Below are positions 1 to 11,556 of a stretch of 64,000 bases of DNA, piece by piece (within the stretch, counting starts at the first letter, position 1; each line of letters begins with the position of its first letter). The translations under genes and the position numbers were made by a program. The notes beneath the pieces are model-generated. The model was not told the origin of the DNA. It saw nothing but the letters and a program-made list of their open reading frames with translations, and made no database searches. Origin of the DNA: Octopus sinensis (lineage: Eukaryota); the NCBI RefSeq assembly GCF_006345805.1, contig NC_043005.1:54684001-54748000 (forward strand), in the 5' to 3' direction.

Positions 1-501
1 TTAAAGAAAAAAAATTAAATACTACTGCATCACACAGGAATAGAATTTCTGGTTTCTCTGCTAATGATTTAACATCACTATTTTTGTAAACATTTTAATA
101 TTTAAGGCAGATATTACAACTTGGAGAAGATATGTATCAATAATTTGTGACAACAAAAGCAAATATATTATCTAGATGTATATCTAGATGTATAAAGTGC
201 TTTTGTGTGTGAACGCATGTTTATGTGTGTATCTATATGCATGTGTGTGCATGTATGTGTGTGTGTGTGTGCATGTATGCATGTAAGCATGTGCACATAA
301 AACTCTTGACTTGGTAATCGTGTTAGTTTTAAAACTATCAAAGGACCCAATGTTGAACACAAAATATTTTTATTTTTGAAATTAAACCATTTCTTCACCA
401 CATGAAAATTTGTTAATTTATAGGGAGTGGGGTTGTTTATTGCAATGAAGGTCAATGATGAAATTTTTTCTTTTCCTTCTATAATGTTTATGCTCATAAC
501 T

Positions 502-642
502 AAGGCAGCAAGTCGGTAGAAACATTAGCATGCCAGGTGAAATGCTTAGCGGTATTTCGCCTGTCTGTGTTCTGAGTTCAAATTCCACTGAGGTCAACTT
601 TGCCTTTCATCCTTTCGGGGTTGATAAATTAAGTACTAGTTA
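502..642 (+). mobile_element. SINE family B (tRNA-like head, Nin/Deu-type central domain), partial copy
   Basis: Head AAGGCAGCAAGTCGGTAGAAACATTAGC, B-box-like GAGTTCAAATTCC and GCCTTTCATCCTTTCGGGGTTGATAAATTAAGTAC, shared with many other copies in the window. Confidence 0.85.
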
Positions 643-942
643 CCACCTTTACACAATCTTTTTACTTAGGGACTAGTAGACCCGGCACTGTTTGATAATT
701 GGTGCACATTCTAAGCCAGTGAACAGCAGTGATGATGCCTGTTTCACTTTGAATATCTTTAACAATTCAAAATAATGGATTTAATTCCTCTTAATTCACT
801 TCAGTTCATCTAATTGTATTCATTTATCACTACTTTTCATAAAAAAGCCTTTTTTATTTAAATATCCAAAGTGCATTTTCACTTTTTTTCTTCGTACTTT
901 CCCCTTATCTTTCCACATGTAGTTTCTATTTTCTTTTGAAAC

Positions 943-1005
<63 letters not shown>

Positions 1006-1024
1006 TTTAGATATAGATATAGAT

Positions 1025-1260
1025 ATGTATAAAATTTAGAGAAAAACCTGTATTAAACAATTCAATAGTGAAAGACATTATTCACACCATATAGAAAAAG
1101 TTAAATATACTATAGAAAACATTATTCTAAAAATCAATAGAGTATATAAACAATAAATAGTAAATAGACTACGCGTGTTTTGTGGCTATATTTTCAAATA
1201 GATAATAATAATAAAATCAATTCGATTAAAACTAAATCGATCTAAAATTATTATTATTAC
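1025..1260 (-). mobile_element. AT-rich insert in (TA)n, probable Penelope-type terminal-repeat fragment with 3' half of a hammerhead motif
   Basis: Flanked by (TA)n on both sides. Minus strand at ~1166-1190 reads gccac-AAAAC-ACGC-GTA-gtc (GAAAC-N4-GTA with G->A). No CTGANGA half was found. Confidence 0.4.
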
Positions 1261-1865
1261 ATATATATATATAGATATATATTTATAGGAACAGGCAGGT
1301 TTCTCCCCAACCATGTGACTTAGGGTTAAGACCATATTTGCAACACCTTGCTCAAATGTCTTCTAATTTAGCCCCTGACTGTCCAAAGATTTGTGAGTAG
1401 ATTTCGTAGACAGAAACTGAAAGAAACCCATTGTATATATGTGTATGTGCATGTGTGTATGATATAAGCAACAGCCTAATGGGAAGGATTTTCACATATT
1501 TTTTTTAAATCTCTGATGTCTGAATCATCAGGGTGGTACCTATTACTCTGCTTACTTTAAAATATAAATGTTTATAAATCAGTAAGTAAATTAGTACTTA
1601 AAAAACATTTTTTTAAAAAATAATCATATATTATTTGGCAGCGAAATCATTTAGTTTAGATAAGTATGTAAGATAACACATGCAAGAAATGTGATGCAAC
1701 ATATTTTCAGTCTATGCTTCTTTTTTTGATGTTTTGTGTCTGTGTTGTTGTTGTTGTGTGTTGTTGTTGTTTGTCATTGTTGTTGCTGTCGTGGTTGTTG
1801 TTTGGCCCCTGTTCAGTCTTGATACAGTGGACATGTGATCGAAAGGTGTTACTACTACAACCATA

Positions 1866-2287
1866 CTCTTTACTCTTTTACTTTTTTACTCTTTTACTTT
1901 TTTCAGTCATTTGACTGTGGCCATGCTGGAGCACCACCTTTAGTCAAGCAAATCGTCCCCAGGACTTATTCTTTGTAAGCCTAGTACTTATTCTATCAGT
2001 CTCTTTTGCTGAACTGCTAAGTTACAGGGATATAAACACACCAGCATCAGTTGTCAAGTGATGTTGGGGAGAAAAACACAGACACGCACACACATACACA
2101 CATACATATATATATACATATATATGACGGGCTTCTATCAGTTTCCATCTACCAAATCCACTCAGAAGGCTTTGGTTGGCCTGAGGCTATAGTAGAAGAC
2201 ACTTGCCCAAGGTGCCACACAGTGGGACTGAAACCGGAACCATATGGTTGGTTAGCAAGCTACTTACCACACAACCACTCCTGTGCC
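1866..2287 (-). mobile_element. SINE family A (tRNA-derived CORE-type, internal TA/TG microsatellite), full length
   Basis: Sense strand has A-box-like TGGTTGTGTGG, GGTTTCAGTCC, CORE-like CCTTGGGCAAGTG, an internal microsatellite and an AAAAGAGT-type tail. Confidence 0.9.
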
Positions 2288-2366
2288 ATCTTGACTTAGT
2301 GTATTCAAAAAGTGTCTTCTTTTATTTTAAAATGATAGAGTGGGATTCGAGGGTTGTTAAGCAACC

Positions 2367-2410
<44 letters not shown>

Positions 2411-2949
2411 CATGTATGGGGAGGGTGCATGTATGTGTGTATTACCACCATATAAAAGCCTCCATACTGGCACCATGTAAAAGAAGCCAAAAGTACTCTA
2501 TATTATGTCAGATTGTCTGCAAGTGCTACTAATAACATGTAACTCCATACAACCTGTTGTCCGTTCAGGGTATCAATGGTTAAAATGGCAACCCCATCAT
2601 GCTTGCTTGGTGTGTGTGTGTGTGTGTGTGTATGGGGGGTGGTGATTTGAGGTACCCTGAAGCATAAAATGCAAGACCTGTCAAATGGGGAATGAACTTA
2701 GAGGAGTCAGGTGACCAATCCAATAATATGTACATAAGCCTTTTAAGTGTGTTTGTATAATTTGCAGTATGTTTGTATTCTATTCAAATGAGGCAGAGAA
2801 GAAACAAGTAGCATTCATTTCCACAGTTTCAAGGTTAGCAGTAGTGATTGAACGGGGTGGAGTGGGGGCACCTGGTACAGATAATAAAATCCCATTGTGC
2901 AGACTTGGCAACTATGATACAGGGTAAATACTTGAAATAGTGTTTTATT

Positions 2950-3182
2950 TATTTCTTTATTGCCTACAAGGGGCTAAACATAGAGGGGACAAACAAGGAC
3001 AGACAAAGGGATTAAGTCGATTATATCGACCCCAGTGCGTAATTGGTACTTATTTAATCGACCCCGAAAGGATGAAAGGCAAAGTCGACCTCGGCGGAAA
3101 TTGAACTCAGGACGTAATGGCAGACGAAATACCGCTAAGCATTCCGCCCGGCGTGCTAATGTTTCTGCCAGCTTGCCGCCTT
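2950..3182 (-). mobile_element. SINE family B, full length, with long target-site duplication
   Basis: AATACTTGAAATAGTGTTTTATT is duplicated at 2927-2949 and 3183-3205. Confidence 0.92.
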
Positions 3183-3417
3183 AATACTTGAAATAGTGTT
3201 TTATTGCCTATACTACATACCAAGTTAGATGATACTGCCAATGCTGGAGATCTCAGCTATTTTGCTAAACACTTGCATTCTCATACAAGCTTGTTTGTTT
3301 TGACTTTATCATACAACTGAGCATTTTTGTGTAAGACCAAGAATATGAGTCTGATGAGCACACAGCTCATTCTCACCAGAGAAAGAAACCTTGCACTAGT
3401 CAAGCATCTGCCTAGAC

Positions 3418-4465
3418 CAGAGGGTCACCAAACAGGTCTCACAGCAGGCCAGGTAACTGAGAGAAGCATAATCGCAAGCTGTATAACCATTTTGTTCAAT
3501 ACAATACAGTGAATACACAAAAAATAAAAACAGCCAACATTTATTTACCAAAAAGCTATCAAAGAAGGTGATATTAGCAATAAGATAGTTATACCACATC
3601 CAGTGAACACATATCTGACCTCACAAACCAGGCAGCAAAAGAAGTTAGTGAGATTTGTGAAACTGGTGTTTAGCTTTTAAGATATCATAAATACCATAAA
3701 TCCTTGAGTTTAGTCCACCCTAGAGCATAATACGCAGGGGATTTTTAGGGAGTTGTACTTCTGAAAAACCTAAACCTTGTGTATAATACACACCCCTTCT
3801 CTAACTTGAGTCAAGGAGGTCTATATAACGTCCTTGATTTGTAAAAATGTATACGGTAACGTCCTTCATTATTATTGTATATATAACATTACGCAAACGT
3901 GTAGCTTTTTTGTGCATTTTGTTTGCAGAAAATAAAGAAATAACAGTAATAACAGTAATAACATTTAATAAATGTTGCTTATTGCAAGTTATGGCTGATT
4001 CTTTTATGACTTCATTGCTTTCAGGCTTAGCTTAGGGTATTTTCGCGCCCAACATCCCAAAATGCATCTGAATAAACATTGCCGGACAGCAAATAGAGAC
4101 TCGGACACTGCTTAGAAAATATTTTTTTATTTTTAACCTCGTATATAGTACGCACTACGGATTTTGACCTATAAATTTTGGGGAAAAAATGCGGATTATA
4201 CTCGATGATTTATAGTATTTGCTTTGAAATTGCTGCATCCAACCAAGAGAATTGCTTTCAAATGTTCATCAGTCATCCTCATTCAATGTGCTGACTTCAC
4301 ATACTTCAGTTTTGAAAATGTTTGCTCACGGACATAAATTGTTCTAAACACAGATGCCATACCAGAGACAAATGAACACTAATTGCAGGTAATTACACAA
4401 AAGGTACAGTGCAGTGGAGGGCCGGATGAACTGACCTTACAGGCCATAGTTTGGTGACCTCTCTG
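3418..4465 (-). mobile_element. hAT (Charlie-like) internally deleted DNA transposon with transposase C-terminal remnant
   Basis: TIRs CAGAGGGTCACCAAAC / GTTTGGTGACCTCTCTG; 8-bp TSD GCCTAGAC (3410-3417) / GGCTAGAC (4466-4473). Minus strand encodes ...EQTFSKLKYVKSAH*MRMTDEHLKAILL...HQFHKSH*, resembling the hAT dimerisation region of Charlie/GTF2IRD2-type transposases. Confidence 0.85.
3694..4215. mobile_element. Tc1/mariner-pogo-type MITE nested in the hAT element
   Basis: Imperfect ~25-bp TIRs CCATAAATCCTTGAGTTTAGTCCAC / GCGGATTATACTCGATGATTTATAG; TA duplicated at 3692-3693 and 4216-4217. Removing it restores the hAT reading frame. Confidence 0.85.
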
Positions 4466-4925
4466 GGCTAGACCATTATCAAAATCTTACTGTATTCCGT
4501 CATATTTTTGCATTTATTGATTCATGGGTACATAGATGAAGTATCAGTTCCTGCTGTATGAGTGTTTAAAAGATTTTATCAATGAGAATGATGCAGAGTA
4601 GATGTATGCACATGCACACACATACAGTATATACATATATTTATTACATAGATGCACAAATGTATGCATATATCTATGCAAGCATATTTTTATACACATA
4701 CATGGCTATTATATATATATGTATAATATCCGGTGTTGGTGTGTTTATGTCCTCATAACTTAGCAGTTTGGTAAAAGAAACTGATTGGATAAGGTTTTAA
4801 AATGTTAAGGTACAAGGTTTAAAAATATTCTGGGGTCGATTTGTTTGACTAAAACCCTTCAAAGCAGTGCTCCAGTATGGCTCCCAAATATTATACTTTA
4901 TACTCCCTAATATTATTAATATATG

Positions 4926-4977
<52 letters not shown>

Positions 4978-4979
4978 TA

Positions 4980-5011
<32 letters not shown>

Positions 5012-5087
5012 GATAGATAGATGTGCGTGTGTGTATTTATATAAATACATACATATATATATATACATACATACATACATATATATA

Positions 5088-5274
5088 TCATCATCATCAT
5101 CGTCGTTTAACGTCCGTTCTCCATGCTAGCATGGGTTGGACGGTTCGACCGGGGTTCTGGGAAGCCAGAAGGCTGCACCAGGCTCCAGTCTAATCTGGCA
5201 ATGTTTCTACAGCTGGATGCCCTTCCTAACGCCAACCACTCCGTGAGTGTAGTGGGTGCTTTTTACGTGCCACC
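5088..5274 (-). mobile_element. SINE-like family C ((GAT)n tail), 3' part
   Basis: Sense motif TGGTTGGCGTTAGGAAGGGCATCCAGCTGTAGAAAC and tail GGACGTTAAACGACGATGATGATG. Other copies at ~8615-8869(+), 25603-25850(-), 32478-32735(-), 34070-34250(-), 38646-38845(-), 41645-41885(-), 57433-57770(-). Confidence 0.85.
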
Positions 5275-5693
5275 TATATATATATATATATATCCATATG
5301 TATACATATGTGTGAGTGTGTTTATGTATGTATATATAGATATATACACACACATGTACATACATGTCTGTGTGTGTTTGTAGGCCAATGTGCGTTTGTA
5401 CATATACACAGCTACTACAATAATATGCATTAACTCATCTTTAAATTTCGATATTGTTGTATGCATATGTACAGGCATAATATATACACATGTGTTTGTG
5501 TGTTTGCATGTGTGTGTGTGTATGTATGCGTGCATGTTTGTATGTATATGTGTGTATGCATACGTATGTATCTATCTAGAAATGTTTTTTTATATAAATA
5601 TGCACGTATCCTGCATGTCTGCGTATGTTTATGTATGGTGCACATGTGTCTGTGCATGAGAGAAAATAAGCAATGAATACAAACGCACAGAGA

Positions 5694-5737
<44 letters not shown>

Positions 5738-5971
5738 GAGATAAAAAGAGAAAGAGAGAGAGGGGAAAAGAGAGAAAGGAAGAGAAGGAGGGAGCCGCCA
5801 ACTTCCCAATAAAGATGTTTAGCTAATAAAAGCTGTTATTCAGCATCCCTACTTGAAATCATCACAGGAACTCTCACATATTCCGGAAATGTATTATGTC
5901 AGCTATTTTTTTTTTTGTTTTCTCCTTTTATATTTTTCTTTCTCTTTATCTGTTTTACCAATATCCAACAG

Positions 5972-5988
5972 AGTGTGCATGTCCATAG
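5972..5988 (+). CDS. Candidate micro/terminal exon of unidentified host gene
   Basis: Long polypyrimidine tract (5905-5960) ending CCAACAG, then AGTGTGCATGTCCATAG and a possible donor GTGATA. Frame unknown (SVHVHR* or xCACP*). Confidence 0.3.
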
Positions 5989-6223
5989 GTGATATGCAGC
6001 TATGTGCATCACTAACAAAAAATAAATTATAACCAAAGCAAAGCTGCAAATATGTCGGTGCAGGTTTTATATATTTATATTTTTTCTATTTTTAGTTTTA
6101 GTTTTTTTTTTTGTTTTTATATATACTTTTTTTTTGTTTTTTATATATACTTTTTTTTGTTTTTTATATATACTTTTTTTTTTTAGTTTTGGATGATTTG
6201 ATGAGCATTTTGTATTTTGACAG

Positions 6224-6250
6224 CAAGAAGTTGTGCAGTTTGACGTCTGA
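6224..6250 (+). CDS. Candidate short terminal exon
   Basis: T-rich tract ending TATTTTGACAG. Phase 0 gives QEVVQFDV*; phase 1 gives xRSCAV*. Confidence 0.3.
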   Translation, partial: QEVVQFDV

Positions 6251-6402
6251 ATATCAGCAATTGCTTTTGCTGGTTTTTGTATATGCTTTTTTTTTAGTTT
6301 TTGTTGTTGTTGTTTGTGTTTTTTTAACTATTTGAGCATCCCATAGCAAATGCTCTGTTTTTTTTTTTTTTTATCATTGCATGTTTTTTACTGTTCATTC
6401 AG

Positions 6403-6510
6403 GAAGAGAAGACCCATGTTGCTGGAGGTGGAGGCAGAGGTGGGAGTCATGGGTCCAAATCTGGTAGGAAACAGTCTGAAGGAAGCTTGGAACAGAGTGA
6501 AATCCACTAA
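6403..6510 (+). CDS. Candidate exon of unidentified host gene
   Basis: Acceptor TTTTTTACTGTTCATTCAG, then an abrupt switch to G-rich non-repeat sequence. Phase 0 gives EEKTHVAGGGGRGGSHGSKSGRKQSEGSLEQSEIH*. Alternative donor CTG|GTAGGA after 6463. TGCATG lies just upstream. Confidence 0.45.
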   Translation, partial: EEKTHVAGGGGRGGSHGSKSGRKQSEGSLEQSEIH

Positions 6511-6555
6511 AGACTGATAGGGAATGAGGTGATGGTGTTAAACTGGATAGCTGAC

Positions 6556-6995
6556 TAACCATTTAGCATTTAATCTAGTCATATCCAACCCAACTCTTTT
6601 ATGTTAAAACTGGCCAGATCCAGCCTCTCACACCAACTCTGCAATGTCATTCTAAAAATAAACAATTGCATCATTGAAATCTTATTTCTTTACTGCCCAC
6701 AAGGGATTACATACAGAGGGGACAAACAAGGACAGATTATATCAACCCCAGTGCGTAACTGGTACTTAATTAATCAACTCCAAAAAGATGAAAGGCAAAG
6801 TCGAGCTCGGTGGAATTTGAACTCAGAATATAAAGACAAACAAAATACAAAGTATTTCACCCTGCATGCTAACACTTCTGCCAGCTCGCCACCTATTGAA
6901 ATCTCAAAGCTATGAGATAATACGTGGTTAATTCAAAGCAATGTGAATAAATAAACATTACATTCGACAGAATAATCTGAATGGTGAAAGGTAAA
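6556..6995. mobile_element. piggyBac-like (TTAA) MITE interrupted by a family B SINE (6683-6894, minus)
   Basis: Body matches copies at 26131-26330, 26588-26799 and ~30415-30683, which have TTAA-C...AAAGGG/AAAGAG-TTAA-like ends. The SINE is flanked by ATTGAAATCT at 6673-6682 and 6895-6904. Confidence 0.7.
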
Positions 6996-7060
6996 GTCTA
7001 TTAAGTAATTGTTGATGATGTTATGTATATAGCTTGGTCAGTTCTGATCTAACACATCTG

Positions 7061-7148
7061 AATATTCTTCTAGCCATCGCTCATTGTCTCTCTTCTCTTT
7101 TTTTTTTTTGGTTAAAAAGAGACGATGAGCAATGGCTAGAAGAATATT
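7061..7148. repeat. Inverted repeat/hairpin with 31-bp arms
   Basis: AATATTCTTCTAGCCATCGCTCATTGTCTCT pairs with AGAGACGATGAGCAATGGCTAGAAGAATATT (2 differences, both at CpG); 26-nt T-rich loop. Confidence 0.9.
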
Positions 7149-7441
7149 GAGCTTTATTTGATAACCAGCTGATCTAGCAAGTGAGGCCTCATATCAGTGA
7201 GAGGGGGCCGGTGCGCATTGATGCCGTCGAGAGGTAGGCCCTGAAACAGCACGCATTCTCTCCTGATGACCCCATACACTTGCTGGCTTCCGGTATGCAG
7301 AGTTTTACCCTAGTTATGCTCCTCCCCATCAACAAACAATTTGTTTTCTTTTTCAAATTGCTGCAATCGTGATGCATTTTGTGATACTGCACTAGATATC
7401 CATGCCCGACCCCCCACCCCATTCCCCATTCTTTCTGCCAA

Positions 7442-7800
7442 TTAGCTTTGATAGATTCTCAGTTTCTTGTTGTGTGTCTCTACCAATAATATCAATGTAG
7501 TCAAATAGTCTTCATCTTCTATTAGTGTGTGACAGCCTCTAAAAAAGAAATATAACACCAACACCTGATATGGGCTTTTGTTCAGCATGATAGCAGTGGC
7601 CAGCAAATGGTAATTTGCATGGAGCACCAATAAAGGAAATGGGTGGGATGTGTCCATAAATCTCTTGTATGGTCTTGTTTTGTTGATGTTAGTTGTTTTG
7701 AGCTCTCATGAGAAGCCTAGTGCATGTAACATCATCGAAGCAACCTTGAAGTTCTTATTTAAATTCCAGCTTTCAGCTCCATAGACAGCAATGCTTACTA
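7442..7800 (-). pseudogene. RTE-like LINE 3' ORF fragment, heavily decayed
   Basis: Minus-strand peptides VVSIAVYGAESWNLNK and IYGHIPPIS...LPFAGHCYHAEQKPIS resemble the RTE C-terminal YGxExW and RFAGH motifs; frameshifts and stops. Confidence 0.65.
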
Positions 7801-8184
7801 CATATGAAATACTTGCTCACCAGATTCAGATGTTCTGAAATCTGTTACAAAAACTCTAGACTTATCCCTTGCAAATCAGAAGATCTTTCTTATTATCCTA
7901 AAAGATTTTCTGCACACACACAAACATTTCTTGTTCAAATCTACAGCAGATATCTTTTGAGCATTTGGGCAATGCAATTAAGTTTGCATGCTTCATTTAG
8001 ATAACAGAAGAAGATAACAAATTTTCTGAAAAAGTTACCTCGTATATACTGGTATCTTTTCCAAGGCTATATTAGAAGACATATGCCCATGGGACCATGC
8101 AATGCACAGTGCGACAGAACTCAAACCCACATGGTTAAGAAGCAGTCATAGATGCACCTGTATATGTGTGTGTGTGTGTATCAA

Positions 8185-8579
8185 ATATAATTAAAGGATA
8201 AAATCATAAAAACTTTTATCAGTGGCCAGCATATAAATAGACCTTTTTAGGTAAATTCATATATAGAGATTTATAATAGTATAAAATGCAATTATAATAA
8301 AGGGCAAAGAGACTTCTGCGCCCATATGCTGAAGATAGATGTTAAATCTGCCTAACCACTCCGAATCATCACTTTATAATTTACAAATGTTGAAAGCAAT
8401 GAAGTAGACTGACAGAAATTCATAAAATAAGTCAGAGAGTTTTGGATTGACCAATTTCTGGATTAGTTTAATAACTTTTCCTTCATGATGGTTAGATGGA
8501 TTTAGTATCTATCTTTAGCATATAGGCACAGAAGTGTCTGTGATCTTAATTATAATTGTATTTTATACTGTTATAAATC

Positions 8580-8586
<7 letters not shown>
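8185..8586. mobile_element. Fold-back insert next to (TA)n, probable Penelope-type terminal-repeat fragment
   Basis: Diverged ~98-bp inverted arms at 8260-8358 and 8489-8586. The spacer carries minus-strand ATGA-AGGA...TCCA-GAAATTGGTC, a broken hammerhead-like motif. Confidence 0.55.
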
Positions 8587-8611
<25 letters not shown>

Positions 8612-8887
8612 CATTACCGGTGACATGTAAAAAGCACCAACTGATCATGGCCTTTTGCCAGCCTCCTCTGGCCCCTGTGCCGGTGGCATGTAAAAAGCAC
8701 CCATTACACTCACGGAGTGGTTGGCGTTAGGAAGGGCATCCAGCCATAGAAACACTGCCAGATCAGACTGGGCCTGGTGCAGCCTTCTGGCTTCCCAGAC
8801 CCCAGTTGAACCGTCCAACCCATGCTAGCATGGAAAGCGGACGCTAAATAATGATGATGATGATGATGATATATAGATTTATATCTA

Positions 8888-8917
<30 letters not shown>

Positions 8918-8922
<5 letters not shown>

Positions 8923-9150
8923 CTTTACTACCCACAAGGGGCTAAACACAGAGGGGACAAACAAGGACAGACGAACGGATTAAGTCGATTATATCGACCC
9001 CAGTGTGTAACTGGTACTTAATTTATCGACCCCGAAAGGATGAAAGGCAAAGTCGACCTCAGCGGAATTTGAACCCAGAACGTAACGGCAGACGAAATAC
9101 GGCTACGCATTTCGCCCGGCGTGCTAATGTTTCCGCAAGCTCACCGCCTT
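8918..9150 (-). mobile_element. SINE family B, full length
   Basis: Closely matches 2950-3182 with CpGs retained; flanked by (TA)n. Further copies at ~12850-13053(-), 16485-16675(+), 38296-38497(+), 44235-44437(-), 46387-46582(+), 56208-56441(+), 56760-56928(+), 57772-57920(+), 63087-63305(+). Confidence 0.9.
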
Positions 9151-9783
9151 CTATATATATATATATAGGTTTATGTGTGTGTCAGTGAATGTACATGTGT
9201 CAGTGTGTATGTGTGTCTGTGTGTGTGTGTGTCAGTGTATATATATATGTAGTGTGGGTGGTGTGCTTTTAGATGAACTTAATCCCCAGAGCAAGCTCAA
9301 TATCCCTGCGTACAATTTTCAGCACTTCATATATTTCGCACATGCTATCAGTAAAATCAGTGAAGCTAACCTTATCTATATTCATACATACCTATCAATA
9401 GCTAATGGACACTAACGATTATTAATAGCGGTGGCAGAAAATACATGCTTGAGACATTTGATTCCCTTTATTTTACCTGCAATACAATCATAGAGTTATA
9501 TCTGGGGTTGTTTACAGACATACACAGTTAAATGTTAAATTATGCATAAGGAATATCTCTCAGTATGTATACGTATATATGTCTGTGTGTGCATGTGTAT
9601 ATAAACACATACACACACATCTATGTGTATATATATGTGTGTGTGTGTGCTTCCATGTGTGTGTACATACCTATATGCGTGTGTGTGTGTGTATATATTA
9701 TACATGTGTATCCATATACATGTGTATGCATTCATACACATATATATATGTATTTATATATATGTCATTACACATTCATTCTA

Positions 9784-11011
9784 TTGGGTTGGCAAGAAAG
9801 TAATTTCGTTTTTTGCTAATAAATAGAGTTACAGTTTTTTTTAATGACTTTTGTCAAGGTTATGAATTTTTCCTTTTAACATTTGATAGCCTTTACTTTT
9901 GGCTTACTTTAGAAGTAAATTGTGTGTAATTTTGTTTACAGCTGTTAGTTCAGTGTTAATTTTAACATGGAGTGCAAAGATGGACATTTTCGCCATATTT
10001 TGCTTTTATATTTCTGTAAAGGCAAGAAAGCTGCTAAGGTTCACAAAGAGATATGTGGAGTTTATAGTGTTTATTGCTTAACAGAATGCTCATGTTAGAA
10101 ACGGTTTAAAAAGTTCCATTCTGGAGATTTTTCACTCAAAAATGACCAACGTTCTGGTTGACCTACTGAAACTGATGATGACCGAATCAAAGCCATAATT
10201 GAATCTGATTGTCATATAACTGTGTGAGAGACTTCAGAGAGGCTAAATGTATCACACACAAAAATTGAAAATCACATAAAATATCTTGGACTCGTTAAGA
10301 AGCTCGATATTTGGATTCCACATAAATTGAAAGCGATTCACTTAACACAATGAATCAATATTTGCGAAGTGCATGAAAGATGGATTGTCTACAATAACAT
10401 CAATTGTAAAGCTACCAATCGTAATGAACAGCACAAACCACATTGAAAGCTGAATTGCATCAAAAAAGGTCATGTTGTCAATTTGGTGGGCTTACAAAGG
10501 TATTGTGTATTTTGAGCTGCTTCCAAGGAACCAAGCGATCAATTCAGATGTTTACTGTCAACAACTAATGAAACTGGTGGAAGCAACCAAAGAAAAATGG
10601 CTAGAATGGGCAAATCATAAAGAAATCATGTTCCACCATGACAACGCTAGACCACATACATCTTTGCTAACTCATGAAATGTCATTGGAGCTTGGTTGGG
10701 AAAAGATGCCACATCCACCATATAGCGCTGGTCTTTCACCATCAGATTACCATTTATTTCAAAATTTGCAAAATTCCTTGAATGGTAAAACTTTCAATAA
10801 TGAGGATGACCTGAAGTCACACTTCCTTCAGTTTTTGGTTGGTAAGGACCAGAAGTTCTATAAACACAGGATCATGAAGTTGCCAGATAGATGACAAAAG
10901 GTTATCAAATAAAATGGAAAATATATAATTGATTGAAGTTCATTCTTTGTATGACAATAATTTACTTTTATTTCACACTAAAAAACCGAAATTACTTTCT
11001 TGCCAACCCAA
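9784..11011 (+). mobile_element. Full-length mariner DNA transposon (mellifera-subfamily-like), decayed
   Basis: Perfect 25-bp TIRs TTGGGTTGGCAAGAAAGTAATTTCG / CGAAATTACTTTCTTGCCAACCCAA; TA TSD at 9782-9783 and 11012-11013; length 1228 bp. Confidence 0.96.
9967..10936 (+). pseudogene. Mariner transposase pseudogene
   Basis: MECKDGHFRHILL...WIPHKL...MLSIWW...HHDNARPH...HPPYSAGLSPSDYHLF...KYIID*. Multiple stops; a deletion removes the first catalytic Asp (TGDE) region. Confidence 0.95.
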
Positions 11012-11556
11012 TATTCATAGCTTTCAATACTGATTTGTATATATTTATATTACACACATGTATGTATTTGCATAAGCATGTATATTCATGCAGTCACATC
11101 AACATTTATATACATATATCAAGTGACTCACACACACACACAAGCACTGCATGCATACACACACATGCATGCACACACATGCATGTGCACACATTGTAAT
11201 TAGATAGAAATCTATGCTCATTTTCCAATATATACATTCTTAGGACATGTATCAGCTTGTTTTCATATGTATGCCATTATAATAAACCAGTTAGCAATTG
11301 ATGTATTATCATCAACCTAGCTTAATTAATCATTCTTTCAGTGACTAATTAATTAATAATTGTCAAATATTACAAAAAGATTTATATTTCTACATTTATA
11401 AATGATTTATCACTCTTATTAATACTCAGGTTTGTATCAACTTGCAAGCGCATCATTTTATAATTCTGTATTTGTGTTGTTTAACCCTAGGTCATCTCTG
11501 ACTGAGATGAGCTTTGATCAAAAAAGCTTCGGCTATCCTGTGTTGTTTTATTTTTT

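Noticed and set aside
3347-3392. CTGATGA...GAAA motif
   Set aside because: No consistent stems or UH cleavage triplet.
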